DNA of 64,000 nucleotides from a plasmid: sequence record NZ_CP021276.1; one strand, 5' to 3'. Shown piece by piece: positions 9,402 to 18,487 of this stretch (position 1 is its first letter; each line of letters starts with the position of its first letter). The notes under the pieces were generated by a model. It saw only the letters and a program-made list of their open reading frames with translations, ran no database searches and was not told where the DNA came from. The position numbers and the translations under genes were made by a program.

Positions 9402-10681
9402 TGGCTATAAAAAAGGGAGCATTTGAATTATATACACAGGAAAGAAAACTTCCTGAGAAAAAGGAAAGTAGTCATATCAAAAAAAGCCATTTTTTTGATG
9501 ATGTATACTCTAAAAACAAAGGTTCACAATTAGTTCATGAACGGTTCACAACAGGAGAAGGAATACTCACCGAAGATCAACAAAACCATTCGGGCTCTGA
9601 TTCAAACAACAATGGAAATATCGGTTCACAAATGGTTCATGAACGGTTCACGACAGGAGAAGGAAGGCTCGCCGAAGATCAACAAAACCATTCGGACTCT
9701 GATTCAAACAACAATGGAAATATCGGTTCACAAATGGTTCATGAACGGTTCACGACAGGAGAAGGAAGGCTCGCCGAAGATCAACAAAACCATTCGGACT
9801 CTGATTCAAACAATAATGGAAATATCGGTTCACAAATGGTTCATGAACGGTTCACAACAGGAGAAGGAAGGCTCGCCCAAGATCAACAAAGCCATCTGGA
9901 TTCTGATTCAAACAACAATGCAAATATCGGTTCACAAATGGTTCATGAACGGTTCACAACAGGAGAAGAGAGGCTCGCCCAAGATCAACAAAGCCATCTG
10001 GATTCTGATTCAAACAATAATGCAAATATCGGTTCACAAATGGTTCATGAACGGTTCACAACAGGAGAAGAGAGGCTCGCCCAAGATCAACAAAGCCATC
10101 TGGATTCTGATTCAAACAACAATGGAAATATCGGTTCACAAATGGTTCATGAACGGTTCACGACAGAAGAAGGAAGGCTCACCGAAAATCAACGAAACCA
10201 TTCGGACTCTGATTCAAGCAATAATGCAAATATCGGTTCACAATTGGTTCATGAACGGTTCACAATAGGAGAAAGAGGGCTCGCCCAAGATCAACAAAAC
10301 CATTCAGAATCTGAATCAAACAACAATGCAGGTATCGGTTCACAATTGGTTCACACTGATATAAATAATGTTTCATCTGAATTTGTAAAAAAACCTCAAA
10401 TAAGTTTTTCAAAATTAGTTGGCAATCAAAGAGCAATATTAATAGCTCTATATAAGAACATTAAAATTAATAAATCAGATTCAACTGATGAGCTAACCCT
10501 TGAATTGATCTCAGAAATTGCGAGAGTAAATCAAAAATCACTTAAAAACACTTTGTTCAGGTTAACTAATGCAGGGGTACTTATTCGGGTAGATCAAAAA
10601 GTAGGTAGGGGTGGATGGGTAAAGTACAAAATCAACTCTGAAATCATTAAAGAAATTCAACAGAAGGAATTTTTCAGATAA
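9401..10681 (+). CDS. ParB-like candidate centromere/iteron-binding protein: unique N-terminus, 9 x 34-aa tandem repeats, C-terminal winged-HTH
   Basis: 426 aa. Repeat unit GSQMVHERFTTGEGRLAEDQQNHSDSDSNNNGNI; period 102 bp (multiple of 3); substitutions between units without indels. Translationally coupled to parA. C-terminal 110 aa has a wHTH-like pattern. Confidence 0.55.
   Translation: MAIKKGAFELYTQERKLPEKKESSHIKKSHFFDDVYSKNKGSQLVHERFTTGEGILTEDQQNHSGSDSNNNGNIGSQMVHERFTTGEGRLAEDQQNHSDSDSNNNGNIGSQMVHERFTTGEGRLAEDQQNHSDSDSNNNGNIGSQMVHERFTTGEGRLAQDQQSHLDSDSNNNANIGSQMVHERFTTGEERLAQDQQSHLDSDSNNNANIGSQMVHERFTTGEERLAQDQQSHLDSDSNNNGNIGSQMVHERFTTEEGRLTENQRNHSDSDSSNNANIGSQLVHERFTIGERGLAQDQQNHSESESNNNAGIGSQLVHTDINNVSSEFVKKPQISFSKLVGNQRAILIALYKNIKINKSDSTDELTLELISEIARVNQKSLKNTLFRLTNAGVLIRVDQKVGRGGWVKYKINSEIIKEIQQKEFFR
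9521..10440. repeat. 9 tandem 102-bp repeats, each containing a GGTTCAC-AGTTCAT-GGTTCAC triplet at 11-bp spacing
   Basis: Unit starts at 9521, 9623, 9725, 9827, 9929, 10031, 10133, 10235 and 10337. Confidence 0.9.
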
Positions 10682-11057
10682 TTATATAAGTAAACCGTTA
10701 AACACACATCCGAAATTAAGCAGAGCTAAGAATGAAATTACACATATTTACCACAAAAGTAGGGCTTCGGAAGTAATGGAACGACCAACCGACTTAAGAG
10801 TTATTTGGATCTCTGAGTGACCTTAATTTTCCATCCTTTACCTCATCAGACATTGAGGGTTAATATCGGCCTAACATATTAAAAAGCTTTGCAAAATGGT
10901 AATAGTCTCACTAAATCTTCTACATTAACAGTAAAGTTATCGCTCTGTAGCTGGACTAGTGCTCCTAATTGACCCTCCTGTCCAGGTACAACAACTAGGA
11001 ATATAATAAAACTTACTTGGGGTTCTTCACAGATCCTAGATTAATAAAATAAAAATG

Positions 11058-11906
11058 TTAAAGTTTAGAAAATATAGGCTTACACAATCCATTATCAATA
11101 TCATGAACCTTTTCTTTATGAAGATAAGGTTTCCTAGCAACAACCTGTAAACACCAAAAACTTACGGGAATTTCATCAATATCATTTAAACTAACATGAT
11201 TTAAAAACTCATTTACAAAGTCATTCAGAAAGTTCTCTTTTAGATCTGATGGTATAAATTTAATTTGGGCTCCTGCAGCATTAAAAAATTCTTTAAGATC
11301 TTTAGGGGTTTGATAAAAATAGGTCATTTCCTCTTCTTCGATATTTACTATTTGTAATCCGGCTTTGACGAGTAATTGTTCATAATTTGCAACATCAAAA
11401 AATGAACGTGGACTAATGTAATCTTTAAAAAAGATAGACCATTTTTCACTTGCACAAATTTTGTCGAGTACTAAATGATATAAAGATTTTCGGTGAGATA
11501 ATAATAACGCAATCTGAGCACCATCTACTGCAGCTTTAGCTATACCTAAAATTGCACGTTCTTGATTACTCACCCAGTGCAAACAATTAAATGAAGTGAC
11601 AATATCAAATTGGTTACGAAAAAAATTTTTAGCGGCATCCATCTGAATAAAACGTATATTATCTTGAGCAATATATTTTTTAGTAGCATGCTCAATCATA
11701 GCTTCGGAAATATCCGATCCAATAATACATCCATCAGTTACAATTTTTGCAATTTCATTTGTAATAACTCCATCACCACATCCTATATCTAATATCCTTG
11801 AGGTTGAATTAAATGAGATTTTACTTAGCATTTTCATTGCAAAGTTATACTGTAACGCATTATTTTTGCTATAAAGTTCAGGGTTTTTAAAAATATGTAC
11901 AGGCAT
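11058..11906 (-). CDS. Class I SAM-dependent methyltransferase (Tam / methyltransferase type 12-like)
   Basis: 282 aa. Motif I ILDIGCGDGVITNEIA. AT-rich context. Confidence 0.6.
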   Translation of the reverse strand: MPVHIFKNPELYSKNNALQYNFAMKMLSKISFNSTSRILDIGCGDGVITNEIAKIVTDGCIIGSDISEAMIEHATKKYIAQDNIRFIQMDAAKNFFRNQFDIVTSFNCLHWVSNQERAILGIAKAAVDGAQIALLLSHRKSLYHLVLDKICASEKWSIFFKDYISPRSFFDVANYEQLLVKAGLQIVNIEEEEMTYFYQTPKDLKEFFNAAGAQIKFIPSDLKENFLNDFVNEFLNHVSLNDIDEIPVSFWCLQVVARKPYLHKEKVHDIDNGLCKPIFSKL

Positions 11907-12139
11907 GATTAGTTAATTTTGCCATATATAGAAAATTTACATTATAGAACTTGTTTGTATTACAATCCAGAAATACTGAATATTTATATTACCCTGTGAT
12001 GCTTGAGAAATATTAAATCAACTATAGAACTCTAAATTATAAAACGTGTTTGATAAAATAAAGAGCATCAATATCCCTTTTTTGATATAATCGTGTTTCA
12101 AGAAACAAGCAGTTAGCTTAAATAGAAATAGGGAAAGTT

Positions 12140-12682
12140 GTGATCAAGGACATTCTTAAAAAAATATTTTTATTAATCAATGAAATAAAATCTCAAAACC
12201 TAGAAATAACTTCGGAAGAAGAGAATGATGAATCTGGACTGATGTATTTATCAGTAAAAATAGTAGGAAAATGCACGCTACCTATTCTAAAAGATCCACT
12301 AATTTTACTAAAGGAAAGTGGATCAAAAAGCCATTTTTCAGAAGATGATTTTAATTGGATATTAGCTACTATATTAGAAAATCAGAAAAGAATAATCGAA
12401 AAAAAATATAAAAAAAGATTCTTATTAATCAAACACCAATTTTCCGAGCAATTAGAAGAACCTTTAATTGTTTATAAAGATCAGCTAACAAATCAAATAT
12501 ACATTAAACCCGCTAAAGAAATATATTCTAATATAGAAAAATTAAAACAATTCAGTTCTGAAGATAGTGCTTGCATAGGTAATATAGTTGGTTGCAACGA
12601 AACTGAGAAAGATTATAAGTTCTGCCGAGAACATAAAAAAGATAATTTAATTAGGTTCGATATTTCGTCCTTAACTGGTTAA
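12140..12682 (+). CDS. Hypothetical protein
   Basis: 180 aa, AT-rich, no recognisable domain. Confidence 0.3.
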   Translation: MIKDILKKIFLLINEIKSQNLEITSEEENDESGLMYLSVKIVGKCTLPILKDPLILLKESGSKSHFSEDDFNWILATILENQKRIIEKKYKKRFLLIKHQFSEQLEEPLIVYKDQLTNQIYIKPAKEIYSNIEKLKQFSSEDSACIGNIVGCNETEKDYKFCREHKKDNLIRFDISSLTG

Positions 12683-13400
12683 TATTCATTACATTGTATG
12701 CAGTTTCTTTATTGGTACAATTTGCATTTATTATTTTTTTAACTTTATAAACGACAAATGCATTTGGAATACAAATAATGAGAGAATAAATCATTTTTAA
12801 AACATAATCAGAAATAATTATATTTGAGGTTTCCCAAATATTTGCAACGCTAAAGTAGTGGAAGGTTATTAAATTAGTAGATATTGTAAATAATAACTCG
12901 CCGACTGCAGTCGCCCCTAAACTCCGGATAAAAAACCCCTTACCGAATATTTTCACGCCCCATCTTGCTAGAACATAAGTATTGGCAAAAAAACCTATAG
13001 CGAGGGATATTGAGTCAGCTACAGCTATATGCAAAAAACCAGACGTTAATACAGGATAAATTTCTTGATTTTTCCACAATGCTGGAGAGGGCAACGAAGC
13101 AAGAAAATATGTAATATAGCTAAATAAAAATTCACATATAATTGTTGCAATTATCATTAGGTATGATGTTTTTTCACCAAAAATTTCAGTAAGTGAATCA
13201 TTAATTGGAAAAAGCAATGGAAAAACAAAAACTGATGCACATAATATCCTACCGTTCAAGTCAACAGTCTTATAACCCATTACGAATGATGCAAAAAAAA
13301 TTGTTATATAAAGCATGCCGATAACGATTAAATAGCAACCTTTATCTAACTCTTTAAAATACATGGATAATTTATTTAATATTACTTTTGATGGAATCAA
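12651..13400 (-). CDS. Integral membrane protein, VUT/YhhQ-like (queuosine-precursor transporter family) candidate
   Basis: 249 aa, ~6 TM. Loose resemblance to DUF165/YhhQ around RSLGATAVGELLFTISTNLITF. Confidence 0.35.
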   Translation of the reverse strand: MIPSKVILNKLSMYFKELDKGCYLIVIGMLYITIFFASFVMGYKTVDLNGRILCASVFVFPLLFPINDSLTEIFGEKTSYLMIIATIICEFLFSYITYFLASLPSPALWKNQEIYPVLTSGFLHIAVADSISLAIGFFANTYVLARWGVKIFGKGFFIRSLGATAVGELLFTISTNLITFHYFSVANIWETSNIIISDYVLKMIYSLIICIPNAFVVYKVKKIINANCTNKETAYNVMNINQLRTKYRT

Positions 13401-13421
13401 TTTATCGCCTTATTTCAATTT

Positions 13422-14072
13422 TTATCTGCTTTTAACCAAACTTAGCGAATTAGCAGACTGTTCAACCTTATTAAAGTCAAATAAATTAGTTCTGTAATGC
13501 ACAATAACACCTATGAACGTGTATTCTTGTTTAATTATTTTAGTTAACTCAACTGGAAAATCAGAATTTAAAATTTTCAAATAATAATTCTCCCCATCGC
13601 TAATTAATTGCCTAATTCTAGGTTGATCATTATCTTTTTTTATAAGAAAAACAAAATCTTTATTCGTAATTTCTCGATCTGGATCAATGATGACAATAGA
13701 GTTTTTTAATATGAATGGCTCCATAGTATTGTCTTGGCAAATACTTGCAAAACTTCTTTGATTCAATGGGAAATCAATCGGTATACTATCAAATTTAGAT
13801 TTTTCCTCTGGATTCAATTTAAAGAAATTTGCAACCTCAAGAGCGGGAACCAATGGAATTTGTTTACACCCTATCGGTTCCTCCCCAATTAATTGACTAA
13901 CAGTGATCTGAAAAAAGGTTGCCAGTTTTTTTAGAACTTCAATGGTTGGATTTCCATCACTTTTTAATAGTCTGTAAATCGTACTTGCCGGAACACCAGT
14001 TAAACGCTCTATTTCAAGAGCGTTTAGGCCAAATTTTTTTATTAATTCAGATAATACGATAGCAATTGACAT
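13422..14072 (-). CDS. lvrR: CI/LexA-like repressor: XRE-family HTH plus S24 peptidase-like C-terminal domain (LvrR-like)
   Basis: 216 aa. N-terminal HTH (LTGVPASTIYRLLKSD), C-terminal S24-like fold. Divergent from the downstream module. Confidence 0.65.
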   Translation of the reverse strand: MSIAIVLSELIKKFGLNALEIERLTGVPASTIYRLLKSDGNPTIEVLKKLATFFQITVSQLIGEEPIGCKQIPLVPALEVANFFKLNPEEKSKFDSIPIDFPLNQRSFASICQDNTMEPFILKNSIVIIDPDREITNKDFVFLIKKDNDQPRIRQLISDGENYYLKILNSDFPVELTKIIKQEYTFIGVIVHYRTNLFDFNKVEQSANSLSLVKSR

Positions 14073-14092
14073 AATTCGCCATTTATAATAAA

Positions 14093-14110
14093 TTTACCAT
14101 ATATGGTAAA
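14093..14110. promoter_or_regulatory. Perfect 18-bp palindrome TTTACCATATATGGTAAA in the lvrR/lvrA divergent promoter region (candidate repressor operator)
   Basis: Read directly; symmetric around AT|AT. Confidence 0.5.
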
Positions 14111-14190
14111 TAAAGTTGTATTAATTAACATTATAAATTGATTTGCCATAAAAATAAACAAACACGTTTAGCTCTACAAGGACAGCGATT

Positions 14191-15165
14191 GTGCAAGGAA
14201 TAGATTGTTATAACAAATACATAAGGGAAATCGAGAAAGCATTTATGGGACTACCATACGCTTCTTCAATAATAGTCAAATCACTGGTTACTCTAGCTGA
14301 TTCCTCCACTGGCATTGTTAATGACATTACATATAACGAATTAGCAAAACTACTTACGGTCAATCCGGCACCTGGAAGAAGGAATAGTGGCACTCCAACA
14401 AAACAAAGTATTCGTAATTACATCAAATCAATAGAGAAGGAATGCGGGGAATATTTTAAAGTAGTTTCCGAAGGTCAATCTCTCAAATTTCTTTTCCCTC
14501 AACTACCTAAAATTTATAGTGAAATCTTCGGGAACACGGAAGTTAACACAGTAACAAACTCAGTCAGCACCCAAGAAAACATTGGTAAAAATAAGGTTTT
14601 TGATATAGGAATTAACACAGAATTTAACATAGAAGATAACACCCATAACCCATCTGTAAAGAATATTAATATATTTAATATAACTAACTCAAACAAACAA
14701 ACTCAAACTACGAGCAATGATTTTTCTCGCAGCAAAAAACCAATTGGCGATGATTTTTACCCAAACACAAAAACCATCGAAATGGCATTTTCCATGGGAC
14801 TAACCAAAGTAACTGACAAAGAAGAAATTCAGGCGTTTATCAAACACAACAAGAAACAAAACACTCTATGGGCTGACTTTAATCCAGTATTCATTAACTG
14901 GCTGGAGCGAGATGCCCAATACATCCAAAAACAACTACAAAAGGCACAAGGACAATTAAGGAGTCATCACAATGAGCGTGGTATCAATCAAAGCACTCTT
15001 AACCAAACAGCACTCGAACGAGTCAGCGAACATCATGGCATTTCAATCGACTCACTCTGGGACACCTCAGGCACTGAACTCAACTCCGGTGCATTTATCG
15101 AAGGAACACTTGTCCAGCCTCTGGATGAAGCTGACCGCAATATACGGGCAACTTTTTATCAGTAA
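14191..15165 (+). CDS. lvrA: LvrA-like protein (phage replication-initiator/DnaT-like C-terminus)
   Basis: 324 aa, GTG start. Position and size after the repressor as in lvrRABC modules. Confidence 0.45.
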   Translation: MQGIDCYNKYIREIEKAFMGLPYASSIIVKSLVTLADSSTGIVNDITYNELAKLLTVNPAPGRRNSGTPTKQSIRNYIKSIEKECGEYFKVVSEGQSLKFLFPQLPKIYSEIFGNTEVNTVTNSVSTQENIGKNKVFDIGINTEFNIEDNTHNPSVKNINIFNITNSNKQTQTTSNDFSRSKKPIGDDFYPNTKTIEMAFSMGLTKVTDKEEIQAFIKHNKKQNTLWADFNPVFINWLERDAQYIQKQLQKAQGQLRSHHNERGINQSTLNQTALERVSEHHGISIDSLWDTSGTELNSGAFIEGTLVQPLDEADRNIRATFYQ

Positions 15166-15646
15166 GCATGGAGTGAAAGATACTGGAGTTTGGTTTGCTG
15201 CACTTAAAGATTTAACTCCAAAAGCATTAGACAGTGGTGTGGAGCGATTAATGGCCCTGAGTAGAGGCGACAAGTTTTGTGAATTTCCACCCAACTGCCT
15301 GCAGTTTCGAGCTTTATGTCTTGGCTTTTATAGTGATTTGCGCCTGCCTTCCGCTGCCCAGGCGCATAGGGAGGTATTAAACAGCGCTTATTCAACGAAC
15401 CCAAACTGGAGTCATGCAGTGGTTAAATTTACTGCTAAAAGACTGGGGCTTAAATTTCTGGAAATTGATAATGAAGGCCATTCTTTTGCAGTATTTAAAG
15501 AAGCCTATGAACAGGTATGTCATTTAATGAGACAAGGACACCAGATCCCGGAAATTAAAGAGAAGGTCTTGTGCGCTTTGCCTCAATCAAAGGACATTGC
15601 AACAACACACCTTGCGAAAATTCGCCAGTTATTGGGAGTTGCATGA
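14972..15646 (+). CDS. lvrB: LvrB-like protein (phage P-like replication protein)
   Basis: Frame overlaps the 3' end of lvrA; the true start is probably the internal ATG near 15125. Stop overlaps the next start (ATGATG). Confidence 0.4.
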   Translation: MSVVSIKALLTKQHSNESANIMAFQSTHSGTPQALNSTPVHLSKEHLSSLWMKLTAIYGQLFISKHGVKDTGVWFAALKDLTPKALDSGVERLMALSRGDKFCEFPPNCLQFRALCLGFYSDLRLPSAAQAHREVLNSAYSTNPNWSHAVVKFTAKRLGLKFLEIDNEGHSFAVFKEAYEQVCHLMRQGHQIPEIKEKVLCALPQSKDIATTHLAKIRQLLGVA

Positions 15647-15846
15647 TGAAACAAATTCCATGTTTAAAACTGTTTACAAAGGAAGAGCTGTACTGTCTTT
15701 TAAACGCCTGCTCTGAGTCATTGGCTCTGGCCTATCAGGAAATCCCTGAATGCGATTTCTGGCACATTGCGATGGAGGCACGATTGGCATGCGAAGCGCT
15801 TCGATTCGAAATTGATTCACAAAAAAAAGAATATTCAATTCACTAA
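15643..15846 (+). CDS. Small hypothetical protein between lvrB and the csrA paralog
   Basis: 67 aa (MMKQIPCLKLF...). Overlaps the lvrB stop. Confidence 0.3.
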   Translation: MMKQIPCLKLFTKEELYCLLNACSESLALAYQEIPECDFWHIAMEARLACEALRFEIDSQKKEYSIH

Positions 15847-15865
15847 CCAATAAAAGGAACACAGC

Positions 15866-16090
15866 ATGTTAATACTTACACGTAGAATAGGCGAAACCGT
15901 ACTAATCAATGATGACATTTATATCACCGTGCTCGGTGTTAAAGGGAATCAAGTCCGCTTAGGGTTCGATGCACCACAAGATGTAATTATTCATCGTCAG
16001 GAAATACATCAAAAAATTAAAAATGAACAATCTCTGTTTTTAAATAAGCCTGGTAAGTGGAAGGAAGAGCGTGGCGTACAGACTCATTAA
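15866..16090 (+). CDS. lvrC: CsrA-family RNA-binding regulator paralog (LvrC-like)
   Basis: 74 aa. [14 protein letters not shown]...[24 protein letters not shown] is a canonical CsrA fold signature. Confidence 0.85.
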   Translation: MLILTRRIGETVLINDDIYITVLGVKGNQVRLGFDAPQDVIIHRQEIHQKIKNEQSLFLNKPGKWKEERGVQTH

Positions 16091-16128
16091 CCAATCAAAT
16101 CATCATACTAACGAGTTAAGGGAATAAA

Positions 16129-16881
16129 ATGAAACCATGCATTAACCAGATACAAAAGGCAATTACCACTTTAGCTTTAACTGGATCTTTTGCCCTGTTG
16201 GTGAGCTGTGCTGCTACATCAACAGTAATTGAACATCGTAACTTAGAAACAGATACAAAACTCAGCCAAACGATTTTTCTTGATCCTGTGGCTCAAAGTC
16301 AAAAAACGATTTACATCACAATTAAGAATACTTCTCAAGAGTCATTATCCATTGATAAGTCACTAAAGCAGGCATTAGAAGAACATGGCTATAAAGTGGT
16401 TGGAAATCCATCCAAAGCCCATTACCTGCTACAAGCCAATATTTTAAAGGTTGGAAAAATGAGCGTGTCTGCAAGTCAGTCTGCGCTAGGTGGCGGGTAT
16501 GGCAGTGCATTGGCGGGGGCTGCAACAGGAACTGCACTGGGTGCATTAAGCGGTCATTCAAGCACCATGATTGGTGCAGGTATTGGTGGAGGAATTATTG
16601 GTTTGGCTGCAGATTCTCTAGTCAAGGCAGTGAATTACACGATGATTACCGATGTACAAATTTCTGAGCGCGTTGGAAAGGGTGCCGTTCATGAACAGTT
16701 TAATTCCAACCTTCAAAATGGCACAGCATCTGGAACCACCCAGACATTGAGCAAACACAGTGATTATCAACGCTATAGAACGCGGGTGGTATCCAATGCC
16801 GATAAAGTCAATCTGAATTTTGCAGCAGCACGACCCGCATTGGAACAAGGTCTGGTAAAAACATTAGCGGGCATCTTTTGA
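16129..16881 (+). CDS. traT: TraT surface-exclusion / complement-resistance outer-membrane lipoprotein
   Basis: 250 aa. Lipobox LLVSC, glycine zipper. VNYTMITDVQISER and YRTRVVSNADKVNLNF closely match F TraT. Confidence 0.85.
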   Translation: MKPCINQIQKAITTLALTGSFALLVSCAATSTVIEHRNLETDTKLSQTIFLDPVAQSQKTIYITIKNTSQESLSIDKSLKQALEEHGYKVVGNPSKAHYLLQANILKVGKMSVSASQSALGGGYGSALAGAATGTALGALSGHSSTMIGAGIGGGIIGLAADSLVKAVNYTMITDVQISERVGKGAVHEQFNSNLQNGTASGTTQTLSKHSDYQRYRTRVVSNADKVNLNFAAARPALEQGLVKTLAGIF

Positions 16882-16958
16882 TGCAGCCTGATTAAAGATT
16901 CATAAAAAAAAGTGCATGGGATTTAAAAAAACACTAATTAGTTAAAGAGGGAATAGTA

Positions 16959-17360
16959 ATGAGAAGCAATGTAATAGCAGGACTTATCATCACCGCACTG
17001 GGTTCACCCTGTGCTGTTGCAACCAGTTCGAATCACTACGATTTAGAAAGACGAATTTTTGATACGTCTTATCAACTCAACCAGATTGCCAAAGAAAACG
17101 ACTACGATTTATGTTCTGGAGATGTCGCAATTGCAGCAGCCTACCTGGAGTCAGCAGGAGCGCAATTGCAGCATCATCAAAAAGACAGAGCAGTTGTTTC
17201 TATGGCTTATGGATACAATGAATTAAAAGAAATCAGCAATGTAAGAAGCTACTGTACACATTTATCACCAAAGGTAAAACCCTATCTTGCACGAGTCATT
17301 GTGATGAAAAGTGAACTTGAGAACATCAACATACCAGAAACAGACCAAACATCGGACTAA
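16959..17360 (+). CDS. Hypothetical secreted protein
   Basis: 133 aa, signal peptide. Confidence 0.35.
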   Translation: MRSNVIAGLIITALGSPCAVATSSNHYDLERRIFDTSYQLNQIAKENDYDLCSGDVAIAAAYLESAGAQLQHHQKDRAVVSMAYGYNELKEISNVRSYCTHLSPKVKPYLARVIVMKSELENINIPETDQTSD

Positions 17361-17403
17361 GTTTAAAGGTTTAAGTTCATAGCAAAAATAAAAGGAGCAC
17401 TTA

Positions 17404-17775
17404 ATGAACGTTATTAAAACACTCATGCTGTCGATGACCCTCATGATTGTGAGTGGAGTTATTCACGCAGAGCCCACAACACTGCCTGAAAACAACTTTA
17501 AGATTAATCAGAATCTGACCGCCGCTTCAACTGAAAATGATGAACAGGATGTCGAATATTTTAAACACATTCTTTCCGGTGGAGCGCTTTTTACGCTTTT
17601 GTTATCAATGGATAAGGAGGTTCCTGACGTAGCCAAATCAGTTGAGTATGTGGCTTTGTTCAAAAAGCTGGATTCTGCAAATCACTTACTGACACAAATT
17701 TTAGTTGAACTTAAAAAGAACAACCACCTATTAAGTCAAAGCATGCTCGATAAAGGAGTAACCATGAATGGATAA
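17404..17775 (+). CDS. Hypothetical secreted protein
   Basis: 123 aa, signal peptide. Confidence 0.35.
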   Translation: MNVIKTLMLSMTLMIVSGVIHAEPTTLPENNFKINQNLTAASTENDEQDVEYFKHILSGGALFTLLLSMDKEVPDVAKSVEYVALFKKLDSANHLLTQILVELKKNNHLLSQSMLDKGVTMNG

Positions 17776-17881
17776 ACTCTCTTTATAAAACCACAAAAAC
17801 ACGATTCATTAAATAAAAAGAATAAAAAATGAGCACAAATTAGGGCTCAGGGGATTTTTTTAACCAAAAAAGGAGAATGTG

Positions 17882-18193
17882 ATGAACTATAGAACAGCAA
17901 TGAACGAATTGAGCATTAAAGGATATCTGTATGCTAGGCAACTGCTCCCTTTTTTAATGATTGGTTTGGCACTGTTGTGTTTGATGCCTGACTCTTGTTT
18001 TGCGGCTGAGAATCGGCTTTCTGGATTAAAAGAGGAAGTAAAGGCAACCTTTGGAGCTGATTCAGATCTCCCTTATTTTCTTTTGTTAGCAGAAGGGCTT
18101 GCAGGGGCTTATGCCTACATCAAAACCAAAAATATCGCAGTCCTTGCGGGTGTTCCTGTATTGATGGTGTTTACTCACTGGGCATTGAAATAA
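17882..18193 (+). CDS. traA: F-type pilin precursor TraA
   Basis: Long leader, then mature ~60 aa with two hydrophobic segments. First gene of the tra cluster. Confidence 0.6.
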   Translation: MNYRTAMNELSIKGYLYARQLLPFLMIGLALLCLMPDSCFAAENRLSGLKEEVKATFGADSDLPYFLLLAEGLAGAYAYIKTKNIAVLAGVPVLMVFTHWALK

Positions 18194-18483
18194 TGGCTCG
18201 CAACTACCAAACCTTTATGCTCTCTGATGAGCCTAAAATTGCGGGTATTCCTGTTACCACAGGCCTGCCCATTTTTTTACTCACGGGAATTGGGCTTTTA
18301 ACAGGACTTGCCTATCAGCTTTTTATGATAGGCGCAGCCCTAAGCGTTGCGATGCATATCAAGTATGGAGGACTGCCTCTGCGGAGTCTGTTTGCCATCG
18401 TATACTGGTCGCTGCCTCACAGGTTAACGTCCCTTGTATTTCGAGCTTTTCCCGATTCTGCCAACCGAATTTATATCAGGTGA
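18193..18483 (+). CDS. traL: TraL pilus assembly protein
   Basis: 96 aa. YWSLPHRLTSLVFRAFPDS matches F TraL YWYMPTALLRGIFHNVPDS. Confidence 0.75.
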   Translation: MARNYQTFMLSDEPKIAGIPVTTGLPIFLLTGIGLLTGLAYQLFMIGAALSVAMHIKYGGLPLRSLFAIVYWSLPHRLTSLVFRAFPDSANRIYIR

Positions 18484-18487
18484 TTTA

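Noticed and set aside
9537-10268. Second long open frame (243 aa) across the 102-bp tandem repeats
   Set aside because: It is a by-product of a near-identical repeat unit lacking stops in that frame. It has no unique flanking N- or C-terminal domains, unlike the 9401-10681 frame.
9521-10440. Tandem repeat array considered as a CRISPR array
   Set aside because: The units are contiguous near-identical 102-bp copies with no unique spacers, and they lie in-frame inside a gene. There are no cas genes.
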